This document shows, one piece after another, positions 9,948 to 19,802 of a DNA stretch of 32,000 nt. Each line of letters starts with the position of its first letter. Positions within the stretch are counted from its first letter, which is position 1. The notes beneath the pieces are model-generated. The model did no database searches and had not been told where the DNA came from. It was given only the letters and a program-made list of their open reading frames with translations. This DNA comes from Pseudoalteromonas tetraodonis (GTDB lineage: Bacteria > Pseudomonadota > Gammaproteobacteria > Enterobacterales > Alteromonadaceae): contig NZ_CP011041.1 in the NCBI RefSeq assembly GCF_002310835.1, positions 630,001 through 662,000 on the forward strand, given 5' to 3'. The position numbers and the translations under genes are program-made.

Positions 9948-9973
9948 GTTGTGCATACCTATGAACAGTTTAG

Positions 9974-12757
9974 TTAAATCAAGTCATCTTGTTGATCGTG
10001 GTTTCTAATTTGTTCTTTTAAAAATTGTGCTGCTCTTGAATATTCAATTTCGAGCTCATCTCTCATCTCAATTAACTCATCGGCATTGATTTCATCAGCC
10101 TTACACTTATCCTCAAATGACTGCGCTAAATCAGCCACAATATTAGCCCCCACTGTTTTTGATATAGATTTCAATTGATGGCAGGCAGCTATAATTTCAC
10201 TTTGACTCTTCTGTAGTACCGCAAAGTTGATTGATTTAATTTGTTCTTGGCTTTGCTCTAAATACATTTTAAAGAAGCGAATTTTTTTAGCATCATCGCC
10301 ATTTATATATTTGTTGGCAGACTCCATGTTAATAGGCATGGCTGGCTTTTCAGCTGAGCTAATTTGTTTTGGCTGTTTATTATCTAAATCGCTCCATTGA
10401 TTTAATATGTCCTCAAGCGCATTTAACTCAATCGGTTTAGTTATAAAGTCATTAATTCCCACAGCTAAACAGCGTTCTCTTTCGCCTTTTAAGGCATTGG
10501 CTGTTACAGCAATAATATAAGGTTGGGCGTCGATTGCTTCTAACAGTGCTGCTTCTTCTCTAATCTTTTCAACCATATCGTAGCCAGACATTTTCGGCAT
10601 ATGTAAATCGGTTAGGATGAGCGAATAGCTGTTTTTACGCCACATCTCTATGCCTTCCTCACCATTATTCGCTACTTCCACACTATACCCTAATATGTGT
10701 AACTGCTCGGTAAGTACCTCTTGGTTTAGTAAGTTATCTTCTACCAATAAAACAAGCCTATTCGCAGCGAGTGCTTCTTCTGAATTTAAGTAATGATTCA
10801 TGCTTTTAGCTTTTTTTATTTGCTTAGGTTTATGTAAGCCCGCCGCAACCAAAATTGAAAGCATAAAGTTAGATTTGCACAGTGGTGAAGCATTAATATA
10901 AAAAATATTTTTATGATTAATAACGGCTTCATCTAGCTTACTTAATACCACCATTTGCTGATTATTATCTTCTAGTGAGTAAAGTAAACTTCTTAGCAAA
11001 GTGCTAATGCTACTCATGTCGTCAATACCATCAACAACCCAAATAATATCCTTTGTGTCTTGATGATCTTCTATATCTTTTTGCTCATGGGCATAGGTTA
11101 TTTTGGCACCCATGAATGACAAGTAACGATAAATTACCTTGCCGCGTTCAGCATTGTCACTAACAACAACAACATGTTTATTATTGAGTGTATTTTTATG
11201 AGCAAATTCAGTTTTACCTGCCGTTGAAAAAGGCAGTTCAACGGTAAACTCACTACCAATCCCCTCATGGCTTGTAACATGTATAGTACCAAGCATTAGC
11301 TCGGTTAAGCTTTTACAAATTGAAAGCCCAAGTCCTGTACCGCCAAATTCTCGGGTAATTGAGCTTTCAGCTTGAGTAAACGGGCTGAATATTTTCCTTA
11401 ATTGAGACTGACTCATTCCTTTACCGTTATCAACTACACAAAAACGGAGTGTAAAATGATCGGCAGTGTTGTGTGCAACTTCAACCGATATTTTCACCCT
11501 ACCTTGAGTAGAGCCGTTAGTGCTGGTAAATTTAATGGCATTGCTACATAAGTTATAAAGTACTTGGCGAACCCTGACTGAGTCGCCCATAAGGTTATTA
11601 GGAATATCCGGTGCAATTGATAAATCGAGTTCTAGGTGACGGTTTTTTGCAACAGACGATAACACCTTTGCGACTTCTTCTAGCGTATCTGCAACAGAGA
11701 AGGGAGTCGGGTCTATATTGAGCTTTCCTGCTTCAATTTTAGAAAAATCCAAAATATCATCTAAGATACTGAGTAACGAAAATGCAGATTCACGAATAAT
11801 TGTACTTAAACGTTGCTGTGCACCATCAAGTTCTGTTTGACGAAGTAAATCAATGGTACCGATTACACCATTCATTGGTGTTCTTATTTCATGACTCATA
11901 GTGGCTAAAAAGGTGGTTTTAGTTTCACTGGCTTTTAGCGCTTTTTGCGTTTGTTTCTCTAACTCAAAGGTTCTGCTTTGTACTTCTGTTTCAAGGCTTG
12001 TTTGTAATTTTTTTAACTCTTTTTTTGCCGCTTGATCGTCAGCTTGAACCTTACTCACCTTTTTGAGTAATAAATTAACTTGTTGAGCTACCGTTTCTAA
12101 ACCACCCTCTAGTTGCTCATTTAGGGTGCTTTGATAGTTATCATTTTGCGTAATTTCTTTTAGTTCTTGAGTAAGTGAATCTGTATTTTTATGTAATCGC
12201 TTGTTAATGTATTTATTCAACATGAATGCTAATACAAACAGCACCACCAGTGCAGCAAAGGCTACAACATAGGCATTTAGTGGTGAGTGTTGATTTGATG
12301 GTGTAACTGAGGGCTGTGTTTGCTTAATAATAAGCTCTCCAATTATCTGCCCCTCTGATGAGATTAAATGATGAAGAGTATTTTGTTCTTTAATATGTTT
12401 ATTAACAGCTAAAGGCGCAATTGCTTTACTGTTATTGCTATAAACTAACTCGGCTTGATTATTGGCATTAAAACGGTGGAGCGTATATTTATAATCATCA
12501 TTGAGTAAGGTGGTCATATCGAGTAATTGCGTGACCTTGTCTTGCTCGTATATTGTTAATGCTTCTGCTAAAGGCTGATCAAGACGCTCAGCAAGTTTTG
12601 TTAACGATAAAGTAGAGGTTGGAGCAGATGCATTGTTATCAGCATTACTTTGTGAATAAAGCACAAAGGCGACTACAAATAATGCGGTTATTATAAGGTT
12701 ACTAACTAAGAATAAAGGTAGTAGGCCTTTTATTGCTGAAGAGGGCTTGCTCTGCAT
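9974..12757 (-). CDS. hybrid sensor histidine kinase/response regulator (periplasmic sensor, HisKA, HATPase, degenerate receiver-like insert, REC, Hpt)
   Basis: 927 aa. TM1 spans aa 12-34 and TM2 aa 163-180. The H-box is MSHEIRTPMNGVIG (His289). HATPase motifs are NLCSNAIKFT and GGTGLGLSIC. REC is LLVEDNLLN..LILTDLHMPKMSG (Asp717)..KP. Hpt is CHQLKSISKTVGA (His860). The architecture is BarA/TorS-like, but I cannot assign an orthologue. Confidence 0.85.
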   Translation of the reverse strand: MQSKPSSAIKGLLPLFLVSNLIITALFVVAFVLYSQSNADNNASAPTSTLSLTKLAERLDQPLAEALTIYEQDKVTQLLDMTTLLNDDYKYTLHRFNANNQAELVYSNNSKAIAPLAVNKHIKEQNTLHHLISSEGQIIGELIIKQTQPSVTPSNQHSPLNAYVVAFAALVVLFVLAFMLNKYINKRLHKNTDSLTQELKEITQNDNYQSTLNEQLEGGLETVAQQVNLLLKKVSKVQADDQAAKKELKKLQTSLETEVQSRTFELEKQTQKALKASETKTTFLATMSHEIRTPMNGVIGTIDLLRQTELDGAQQRLSTIIRESAFSLLSILDDILDFSKIEAGKLNIDPTPFSVADTLEEVAKVLSSVAKNRHLELDLSIAPDIPNNLMGDSVRVRQVLYNLCSNAIKFTSTNGSTQGRVKISVEVAHNTADHFTLRFCVVDNGKGMSQSQLRKIFSPFTQAESSITREFGGTGLGLSICKSLTELMLGTIHVTSHEGIGSEFTVELPFSTAGKTEFAHKNTLNNKHVVVVSDNAERGKVIYRYLSFMGAKITYAHEQKDIEDHQDTKDIIWVVDGIDDMSSISTLLRSLLYSLEDNNQQMVVLSKLDEAVINHKNIFYINASPLCKSNFMLSILVAAGLHKPKQIKKAKSMNHYLNSEEALAANRLVLLVEDNLLNQEVLTEQLHILGYSVEVANNGEEGIEMWRKNSYSLILTDLHMPKMSGYDMVEKIREEAALLEAIDAQPYIIAVTANALKGERERCLAVGINDFITKPIELNALEDILNQWSDLDNKQPKQISSAEKPAMPINMESANKYINGDDAKKIRFFKMYLEQSQEQIKSINFAVLQKSQSEIIAACHQLKSISKTVGANIVADLAQSFEDKCKADEINADELIEMRDELEIEYSRAAQFLKEQIRNHDQQDDLI

Positions 12758-12946
12758 GAGTTTTCCTGTGGTCTTATTATTAAAACGGTAAGCCTGTACC
12801 GAAAGTTATTATTCAATCGTAACACCTAAAAAAAATAATTCACTACGTTTTTTAAACTCTTTTGTTGGATAAATACACTGTATTAACGAAAATAGCCTCG
12901 AGTTGTTTGAAAACCGTTCAAACGATTATAAAGAATAAAAAAAAAG

Positions 12947-12975
12947 TTGACTTGTAGGGGCAAAACTCGTTTAAT
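12947..12975 (+). promoter_or_regulatory. strong sigma70 promoter of the tRNA array
   Basis: TTGACT-N17-TTTAAT. It is preceded by an A9 tract (UP-element-like) and followed by a GC-rich discriminator ACGCCGCACGCCC, typical of stable-RNA promoters. Confidence 0.55.
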
Positions 12976-12984
12976 ACGCCGCAC

Positions 12985-13036
12985 GCCCAGATAGCCAGTC
13001 AGTAGAGCTAGCTGGGAATTGCATTAAAAATCCGTT
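12985..13036 (+). pseudogene. degenerate tRNA-Phe relic (5' half only)
   Basis: GCCCAGATAGCCAGTCAGTAGAGC resembles the acceptor/D-arm GCC.GATAGCTCAGT.GGTAGAGC of tRNA-Phe. GGAATTGCATTAAAAATCC resembles the anticodon arm GGATTGAAAATCC but carries an insertion. There is no T-arm or 3' acceptor. It begins about 10 nt after the -10 hexamer. Confidence 0.35.
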
Positions 13037-13063
13037 GACATTTTTAATTAGCACTGTTTAAGT

Positions 13064-13139
13064 GCCTCGATAGCTCAGTTGGTAGAGCAGAGGATTGAAA
13101 ATCCTCGTGTCCCTGGTTCGATTCCGGGTCGAGGCACCA
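13064..13139 (+). tRNA. tRNA-Phe (GAA)
   Basis: Hand-folded cloverleaf: GCCTCGA/TCGAGGC acceptor, GCTC..GAGC D-stem, GAGGA-TTGAAAA-TCCTC anticodon arm, CCTGG-TTCGATT-CCGGG T-arm, encoded CCA. Confidence 0.95.
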
Positions 13140-13211
13140 TTATTAAAGTAATAGTGTTTCAAATCATAAGATTAAACATTATTACGCGTGCCTTAGCACA
13201 CAGTTTAGTGT

Positions 13212-13287
<76 letters not shown>

Positions 13288-13326
13288 TTTATTTAAATAG
13301 TTAATTTAACTATTGCACTGTTTAGT

Positions 13327-13402
13327 GCCTCGATAGCTCAGTTGGTAGAGCAGAGGATTGAAAATCCTCGTGTCCCTGGTTCGATTCCGGGTCGAGGCAC
13401 CA
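13327..13402 (+). tRNA. tRNA-Phe (GAA)
   Basis: Identical in sequence to the copy at 13064-13139. Confidence 0.95.
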
Positions 13403-13461
13403 TTTATTAAAAGTTATCAATCTTTAAAATTGATAAAGTGCCTTAGCACACAGTTTAGTGT

Positions 13462-13537
<76 letters not shown>

Positions 13538-13577
13538 TTTATTTAAATAGTTAATTTAACTATTGCACTGTTTAAGT

Positions 13578-13653
13578 GCCTCGATAGCTCAGTTGGTAGA
13601 GCAGAGGATTGAAAATCCTCGTGTCCCTGGTTCGATTCCGGGTCGAGGCACCA
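13578..13653 (+). tRNA. tRNA-Phe (GAA)
   Basis: Identical in sequence to the copy at 13064-13139. Confidence 0.95.
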
Positions 13654-13663
13654 TTTATACAAA

Positions 13664-13689
13664 GCCTCGCTAATGCGGGGCTTTTTTGT
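13664..13689 (+). terminator. intrinsic terminator of the tRNA array
   Basis: AGCCTCGC-TAAT-GCGGGGCT forms an 8-bp stem with one G-U pair and is followed by TTTTTTG. Confidence 0.8.
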
Positions 13690-13959
13690 TTCTAAGTTTT
13701 TTCTACCCTGCTCTATTTTTCCTGTATGTCATAAACAGTAAGTCCCTTTGTCCTTTTCGTACCGCTTTGAGAACTTTATTCAGCTTTTTTGACTAAAAAT
13801 TAGATTGTTTATTAATTTGTGATCAATATGTTAATACTTGGCGTATCTACGGCACTTATAATTTCATCGCAAAGTATGTAATGTTATGTAAAGTCAATTG
13901 AGCAACGTTTGCTAAAGTGCTTGAATAACATTCATAAATAGCATTAATCAGGTTTAAAA

Positions 13960-15369
13960 ATGATGTGGCAATATAAGCCATCTTTATTGGCAATAAGTAT
14001 TATGCTGCTAAGTGGTTGTGCGAGTAACTTAAACCCGCAACTGCGTGAGCAAGCACCGAATATACTTCCAGAACAGTGGCAACAAACAGCTGTTGAATCA
14101 GTAGTTGCTGTCAACGACACATGGTTTAATAAACTTGCTTCACCAACAGTAAAGCAGCTAGTTACTCAAGCGCTAAAAAATAATCAGCAACTATTGCAAA
14201 ACCGTTTTGATGTAGAAATACAAAAACAGCAATTAATTGTCACCGGTGCCGCTTTATGGCCCAGTTTAGATATTTCAACGCGAGTAGGGCGAAGCAAAGA
14301 TAATCGTCCGGTTAGTTATAATAACTCAAGCTCTGTATCGTTAGAGTTAGGTTATGAAATTGATTTATGGGGTAAACTCTCTGATGCAAAGCGTAGAGAC
14401 AACCTCAACTACCTTGCTCAGCAAGCTCGCTATGAGCAAACTAAACAACAGCTTATTGCAGATGTTATAACAAATTGGTTTAACTTAATCAGTGCAGAGC
14501 AATTACTTGATTTGTTTAAGCGCAGAGAAGCTAACGCCCAGCAAAACCTTGAGATTATTGAGTCGGGTTATCGCCAAGGTTTAAATGAAGCGTTAGATGT
14601 TTATTTAGCTCGCAATGAGTTAAACAATGAACGCTCCCGTATAGCAACCCAAAAAGCAAATTTGACTCAAGCTGCACGTAGCCTTGAGCGTTTATTGGGG
14701 GAGTATCCAAAAGGATTGATAGCAGCGAATAACGACCTACCTGTAATTAATGACGACATTCCTCTTGGTTTACCGTCGGAGCTTATTACTCGCAAACCTG
14801 CGTTGCGTGCTAGTTGGTATCAGTTATTAGCCAGCGACGCTTCGCTTGCGTATGCGCATAAACAGCGTTTTCCGAGTTTAAATTTAGCGGCAGGTTTAAG
14901 CGATAGCACTAACAGGGTAAGCGACTTATTTTCTGCTTCAAGTCTTGCGTGGTCACTTATTGGTAGCATTTCAGCGCCTATTTTTGACGCTGGGCGTCTC
15001 GCTGCGAACGAGGAAATAGCCAGTTTACAAACGCAAAAGCAAGAGCAAGCCTATCTGCAATCTTTATATGATGCATTTGGTGATGTTGAAAATGCTATTA
15101 CCCAACAACAATCTTTAAAGGCACGCTACCAAAGCACCTTGCAGGCACAAGAAAATGCCTTAGCAGCAGAGCAATTATCGTTTGAACAATATCAAAGTGG
15201 TTTAGTGAGCTACACCACCGTATTAGATGCACAAGCACGCTCGTTTGATGCACAAAGTTCACTGATTGAAATTAAAAACCAATTACTCACAAATCGCATT
15301 AAATTACATGTTGCTCTTGGGGGCGACTTTGCAAAATCAAGATCCGCACAGGATGAGCAAGCACTATGA
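13960..15369 (+). CDS. efflux outer-membrane factor lipoprotein (NodT/OprM family)
   Basis: 469 aa. Lipobox LLSGC at aa 16-20. Two OEP-type repeats with coiled-coil Q/L-rich segments. The stop overlaps the next start (ATGA). Confidence 0.88.
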   Translation: MMWQYKPSLLAISIMLLSGCASNLNPQLREQAPNILPEQWQQTAVESVVAVNDTWFNKLASPTVKQLVTQALKNNQQLLQNRFDVEIQKQQLIVTGAALWPSLDISTRVGRSKDNRPVSYNNSSSVSLELGYEIDLWGKLSDAKRRDNLNYLAQQARYEQTKQQLIADVITNWFNLISAEQLLDLFKRREANAQQNLEIIESGYRQGLNEALDVYLARNELNNERSRIATQKANLTQAARSLERLLGEYPKGLIAANNDLPVINDDIPLGLPSELITRKPALRASWYQLLASDASLAYAHKQRFPSLNLAAGLSDSTNRVSDLFSASSLAWSLIGSISAPIFDAGRLAANEEIASLQTQKQEQAYLQSLYDAFGDVENAITQQQSLKARYQSTLQAQENALAAEQLSFEQYQSGLVSYTTVLDAQARSFDAQSSLIEIKNQLLTNRIKLHVALGGDFAKSRSAQDEQAL

Positions 15370-16562
15370 AACTAAACAAACAAAAAATAATTGTTCCCGC
15401 TGCTATCATTATAGCGACCATTTTTTTGGTGATGTTTATTAAGGGAAACCCGCCTAAAGCATCACGTTTTTCAGCACCGCCAAAAGCAAAAATTAATGTA
15501 GCGGTAAAACCATTGCAGTTAATTGACTACCCCGTTGAAATTGATAGCTTTGGTACGGTTAAACCACGGACTCAAAGTATGTTGGTGGCTCAGGTTTCTG
15601 GGCTGATTATTGATATAAATGAGCAGTTCCGCGAAGGCGGCTTTTTTGAAAAAGGCGATGTGTTACTTCAGCTAGATGATCGCGATTTAAAAGCGGAAGT
15701 TAAATCAGCACAAGCTAATTTGCTCAATGCCGAGCAAAACTTATTAGAAGAGCAAGCACGAGGCCGACAAGCGCTTACTGATTGGCAACGTTTAGGCAAT
15801 GAGTCTGAACCGAGTATTTTAGTACTTAGAAAGCCACAGCTAGCTGCAGCGCAAGCACAGGTTTTGTCAGCACAAGCACAATTGGAAAAAGCGCAACTAA
15901 ATCTTGAACGTACTAAAATTAAAGCCCCTTATGCTGGGCGAGTATTAAACCGCAGCGTTGACTTAGGTCAGGTGGTATCTAACAATATGCAGTTAGCGAC
16001 AATTTATGCAACCGACAGTGTTGAAATACGCTTACCGATAAAGAATAAAGATCTGCCTTTTATTAATTTACCTGAGCAATATCGAGATGGTGCTAAAAAT
16101 CAGCGTGGCTCAGCGGTTAATTTCACTTCAGATTTAATTGGCGAGCAACAATGGCAAGGCCAACTTATTCGTACTGAGGGCGCAATAGATGAAAGTGCTC
16201 AGCAATTGTATGTGGTGGCTAAAATTAATGACCCTTATAAATCAACCAGTGATAATCAATACCCAGTAAAAATAGGGCAATACGTTAAAGCTAAAATTAA
16301 TGGCAAAGTCGCCTCTCAGGTACTCGTTATTCCCAATAGTGCGATATATCAAGGCAGTTATGTTTATGTGGTTGAAAATGGCACACTACAGCGTAAAAAT
16401 ATTGCTTTAGCGTGGCAAAATGCGCTGCAAGGCATTGTGAGTAAAGGTCTTGAAGCGGGTAGTCAATTAGTGCTGACGCCACTGGGGCAAGTGAGTTCAG
16501 GTACACCAGTGCAGATAATGGATGCGACTCCTAAAGCACAAAAAACAGGAGAGCAGCCATGA
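15366..16562 (+). CDS. efflux RND periplasmic adaptor (membrane fusion protein)
   Basis: 398 aa. N-terminal TM anchor, lipoyl/hairpin region with coiled coil (AQANLLNAEQNLL..AQAQLEKAQLNLERTKIKAPYAGRV) and a beta-barrel C-terminus. Overlapping ATGA junctions at both ends. Confidence 0.88.
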   Translation: MKLNKQKIIVPAAIIIATIFLVMFIKGNPPKASRFSAPPKAKINVAVKPLQLIDYPVEIDSFGTVKPRTQSMLVAQVSGLIIDINEQFREGGFFEKGDVLLQLDDRDLKAEVKSAQANLLNAEQNLLEEQARGRQALTDWQRLGNESEPSILVLRKPQLAAAQAQVLSAQAQLEKAQLNLERTKIKAPYAGRVLNRSVDLGQVVSNNMQLATIYATDSVEIRLPIKNKDLPFINLPEQYRDGAKNQRGSAVNFTSDLIGEQQWQGQLIRTEGAIDESAQQLYVVAKINDPYKSTSDNQYPVKIGQYVKAKINGKVASQVLVIPNSAIYQGSYVYVVENGTLQRKNIALAWQNALQGIVSKGLEAGSQLVLTPLGQVSSGTPVQIMDATPKAQKTGEQP

Positions 16563-19500
16563 TCGCTTGGTTTACTCGTAACCATGTGGCTGCCAACTTA
16601 TTGCTAATTAGTATTGTGTTGGGCGGCCTATTCAGCCTGTCTTCTAAGTTACCATTAGAGGTGTTTCCCTCGTTTGTTTCTGATCGTATAAATATTAGTG
16701 TGAGTTTACGTGGTTCAACCCCAGAAGATGCTGAAAAAGGGGTCACCATACGAATAGAAGAAGCATTACAAGATCTCGAAGGTATTAAACAAATATCGAG
16801 CCGCTCTTCTGAGGGGGCATCACAAGTGAGCGTTGAGGTTGACACTGGCTACGACGAGCGTGAATTGTTAGCGGATATAAAGAGCCGTGTCGATGCCATT
16901 AATACCTTTCCAGCCGATGCAGAAAAACCAGTAATAGGGTTAATCCAGCGTAAGCGTGAAGTAATAGCAGTCACTGTTTCAAGTGACTACAACGAAAAAG
17001 AAACCCTAGAATATGCAGAGCAAGTCCGTGATGAATTGCTGCGTATTCCGGCGATTACCCAAGTTGAACTTAGTGGCGTACGTAATTATGAGCTGGCAAT
17101 CGAAGTAAGCCAAGATACGCTGCGCCAATACGATTTAACCTTGGCGCAAATATCCAGTGCCATTGCCAATTCAAGTTCTGATATTTCAGCAGGAAACCTT
17201 AAAACAGAGGGCGGCGATGTACTTATTCGCTCTAAAGGGCAAGCTTACCGCAAAGATGAATTTGCAAGCATTGTGATAAAAAATCAAGCCGATGGCACTA
17301 TTATTCGCTTAAGTGATATTGCAACCATTAATGATGATTTTGAAGAAACCCCTGTGCGCACCCGCTTTAATGGCAAACAAGCCGCATTTATCGATGTGTA
17401 TCGCATTGGTCCGCAAAGTGCGATAGAAGTGGCCGATGCAGTTAAAAACTATATTACCAGTGAGCAAGCTAATTTACCGCAAGGGTTTTATTTAAGCTAT
17501 TGGGATGATGACTCTGAGGTAGTAAAAAGCCGTATTGCTACCCTAACTAGCAATGCTTTACAGGGCGGTATTTTGGTACTGGGGTTACTGACTTTATTTT
17601 TAAGACCTGCCATCGCGTTTTGGGTATTTATTGGTATTCCGGTTTCATTTATGGGCGCGTTTATGGCAATGGCCGCCTTTGGCGTGACCATAAATGTGAT
17701 CAGCTTATTTGGTTTTATATTGGTGCTAGGGATTGTGGTGGACGATGCTATTGTTACCGGTGAAAACGTGTATACCCATTTAAAAACCGCCAAATCGGGC
17801 GAAGAGGCTGCTATAAAAGGAACTCAAGAAGTAGCCACGCCAGTTACATTTGGCGTGTTAACCACCGTGGCCGCTTTTTTACCGTTAGGTTTTATAGAAG
17901 GCGCGCGAGGCGCTATTTTTGCGCAAATTCCGGTGGTGGTTATTCCGGTATTATTGTTTTCATTGATTGAATCTAAATTTGTGCTGCCAGCGCATTTAAA
18001 ATATATCAAACTGCGCCAGCAAAAAGGCAAAGGTTCTAAATTAGAGCAACTCCAACAACGTTTTGCAGATGGTTTTGAGCATGCCATTTTAAAATATTAC
18101 CAACCCGTATTAGGGCTAGCGCTACGCAACAAACTGGCCACAGTCAGTTTATTTATGGGCGTGTTTTTAATTATTTTAACCATGATCACCAGTGGTTGGA
18201 CTAAGTTTATTTTCTTCCCACGTATTCCCAGTGAAACAGTTCGGGTTAATTTAACTTTTCCTGCGGGAACACCGTTTGAAGTCACGAATAAATACATTAT
18301 TGATATGTCAGATAAAGCCAGAGAGCTTCAGCGTAAGTATCAAGATGAAGAAACAGGGCAAAGTATTATCCTTAATATTTTAGCCAGCACTGGCGGGCGA
18401 GGCGGTGCCGCTAATTCGGGTAGCGTGCGCTTTGAAATCACCCCTGCAGAACAACGAGAGTCTGATATTGGTTCGCGTGAGTTGGTAAAAGAGTGGCGGC
18501 AATTAATAGGGGTGATCCCTGGGGCTGAAAGTCTCACATTTAGAGCAGAAATAGGCAGAAGCTCAAACCCAATTGATATTCAATTATCGGGTAATTCCAT
18601 AACCACACTGCAAACAGTGGCTGAGCAAATTAAACAACGACTGGCTACTTACCCAAGTGTGTTTGATATTGCCGATAGCATGTCTGATGGTAAAGAAGAG
18701 CTACAAATAGAGCTAACAGAGCAAGGGCTTGCACTTGGATTAAATAGAGTTGATGTATCAAGACAAGTGCGTAACTCGTTTTTTGGTGTACAAGTACAGC
18801 GCATTCAACGCGGGCGTGATGATGTGCGCGTTATGGTGCGCTTACCTATAGATGAAAGGCGCTCAGTTGCTGATTTAAAAGATATATTAATACAAACGCC
18901 TAATGGTGGGCGAGTGCCGCTGTCACACGTGGCCACTTTAGTACCTGGTCAAAGCCCATCAACCATTACCCGTATTGATCGTTACCGTACTCTTAATGTG
19001 TCGGCGGATGTAGAAAAAACCGATACCAATATGACCGTGCTTCAAGCTGATTTAAAAACCTACTTAGATGAACTGGTGCAACAATACCCAGGTGTAAGCC
19101 ATTCATTAGAAGGTGAAGCCAAAGAGCAGCGCGAATCGTTTGGTTCATTATTGTGGGGAATGGTATTTGTATTTTTTGTAATTTATGGATTGCTCGCAAT
19201 TCCCTTTAAATCGTACTTACAGCCACTGGTGGTGATGAGCATTATTCCTTTTGGCATGATTGGCGCAGTAATTGGCCATTGGATCATGGCTATGGAGCTT
19301 ACCATTATGAGTTTGCTGGGAATGCTCGCGTTAATTGGGGTCGTGGTGAACGACTCGTTAGTATTGGTTGATTTTATTAATAAAAAACGCAGTGAAGGGC
19401 TCGATTTAATGGAAGCTGTTAAAACCGCCGGCGTAGCGCGTTTTCGCCCGGTTATGCTAACTAGTTTAACCACCTTTATAGGCTTAATGCCGCTGCTGTT

Positions 19501-19642
19501 TGAAAAGGCGACTCAGGCGCAGTTTTTAATTCCTATGGCAGTAAGCCTAGGTTTTGGGATTATATTTGCGACCTTTATAACCTTATTACTCGTTCCGGTT
19601 AACTATATGCTGATGGAGCGCTTTCAAGGCTGGTTTAAGTAA
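16559..19642 (+). CDS. efflux RND permease (AcrB/AcrD/AcrF-type, HAE class)
   Basis: 1027 aa with a 12-TM layout and two large periplasmic loops. The TM4 motif LGIVVDDAIVTGENV carries the paired Asp typical of hydrophobe/amphiphile exporters. Confidence 0.92.
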   Translation: MIAWFTRNHVAANLLLISIVLGGLFSLSSKLPLEVFPSFVSDRINISVSLRGSTPEDAEKGVTIRIEEALQDLEGIKQISSRSSEGASQVSVEVDTGYDERELLADIKSRVDAINTFPADAEKPVIGLIQRKREVIAVTVSSDYNEKETLEYAEQVRDELLRIPAITQVELSGVRNYELAIEVSQDTLRQYDLTLAQISSAIANSSSDISAGNLKTEGGDVLIRSKGQAYRKDEFASIVIKNQADGTIIRLSDIATINDDFEETPVRTRFNGKQAAFIDVYRIGPQSAIEVADAVKNYITSEQANLPQGFYLSYWDDDSEVVKSRIATLTSNALQGGILVLGLLTLFLRPAIAFWVFIGIPVSFMGAFMAMAAFGVTINVISLFGFILVLGIVVDDAIVTGENVYTHLKTAKSGEEAAIKGTQEVATPVTFGVLTTVAAFLPLGFIEGARGAIFAQIPVVVIPVLLFSLIESKFVLPAHLKYIKLRQQKGKGSKLEQLQQRFADGFEHAILKYYQPVLGLALRNKLATVSLFMGVFLIILTMITSGWTKFIFFPRIPSETVRVNLTFPAGTPFEVTNKYIIDMSDKARELQRKYQDEETGQSIILNILASTGGRGGAANSGSVRFEITPAEQRESDIGSRELVKEWRQLIGVIPGAESLTFRAEIGRSSNPIDIQLSGNSITTLQTVAEQIKQRLATYPSVFDIADSMSDGKEELQIELTEQGLALGLNRVDVSRQVRNSFFGVQVQRIQRGRDDVRVMVRLPIDERRSVADLKDILIQTPNGGRVPLSHVATLVPGQSPSTITRIDRYRTLNVSADVEKTDTNMTVLQADLKTYLDELVQQYPGVSHSLEGEAKEQRESFGSLLWGMVFVFFVIYGLLAIPFKSYLQPLVVMSIIPFGMIGAVIGHWIMAMELTIMSLLGMLALIGVVVNDSLVLVDFINKKRSEGLDLMEAVKTAGVARFRPVMLTSLTTFIGLMPLLFEKATQAQFLIPMAVSLGFGIIFATFITLLLVPVNYMLMERFQGWFK

Positions 19643-19704
19643 GTGCAGACTACATAGATAAGTAGAGGTTTCAGGCACTAAGTTTCAGGTACTAGTAAGT
19701 AAAG

Positions 19705-19739
19705 CATCGGACTGTAAAAATTCAGTTCGGTGTTTTTTA
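19705..19739 (+). terminator. intrinsic terminator after the RND operon
   Basis: CATCGGACTG-TAAAAATT-CAGTTCGGTG forms a 10-bp stem with two G-U pairs on the plus-strand RNA and is followed by TTTTTTAT. It pairs less well on the minus strand. Confidence 0.65.
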
Positions 19740-19802
19740 TAATAACTAGGTGATTAATAAAATAAGGATATAAAAGTAATTGCTGGGGAATTAAAGTTAT
19801 TG

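Noticed and set aside
13960-19642. Heavy-metal (czcCBA-type) efflux system, suggested by the OMF-MFP-RND gene order.
   Set aside because: TM4 of the permease reads VVDDAIVTGEN. The paired Asp resembles HAE-class pumps such as AcrB rather than the metal-exporter motif, so I leave the substrate unassigned.
19661-19695. GTTTCAGG occurs twice here (AGAGGTTTCAGGCAC and AAGTTTCAGGTAC) and again inside the 6S RNA hairpin (19852-19859). This could indicate a duplicated 6S fragment.
   Set aside because: Only 8 nt are shared, with no extended similarity around them. This is compatible with chance.
13654-19800. Genomic island integrated at the 3' end of tRNA-Phe.
   Set aside because: There is no integrase or other mobility gene, no direct repeat of the tRNA-Phe 3' end at the far boundary, and no evident compositional shift in spot checks of GC content.
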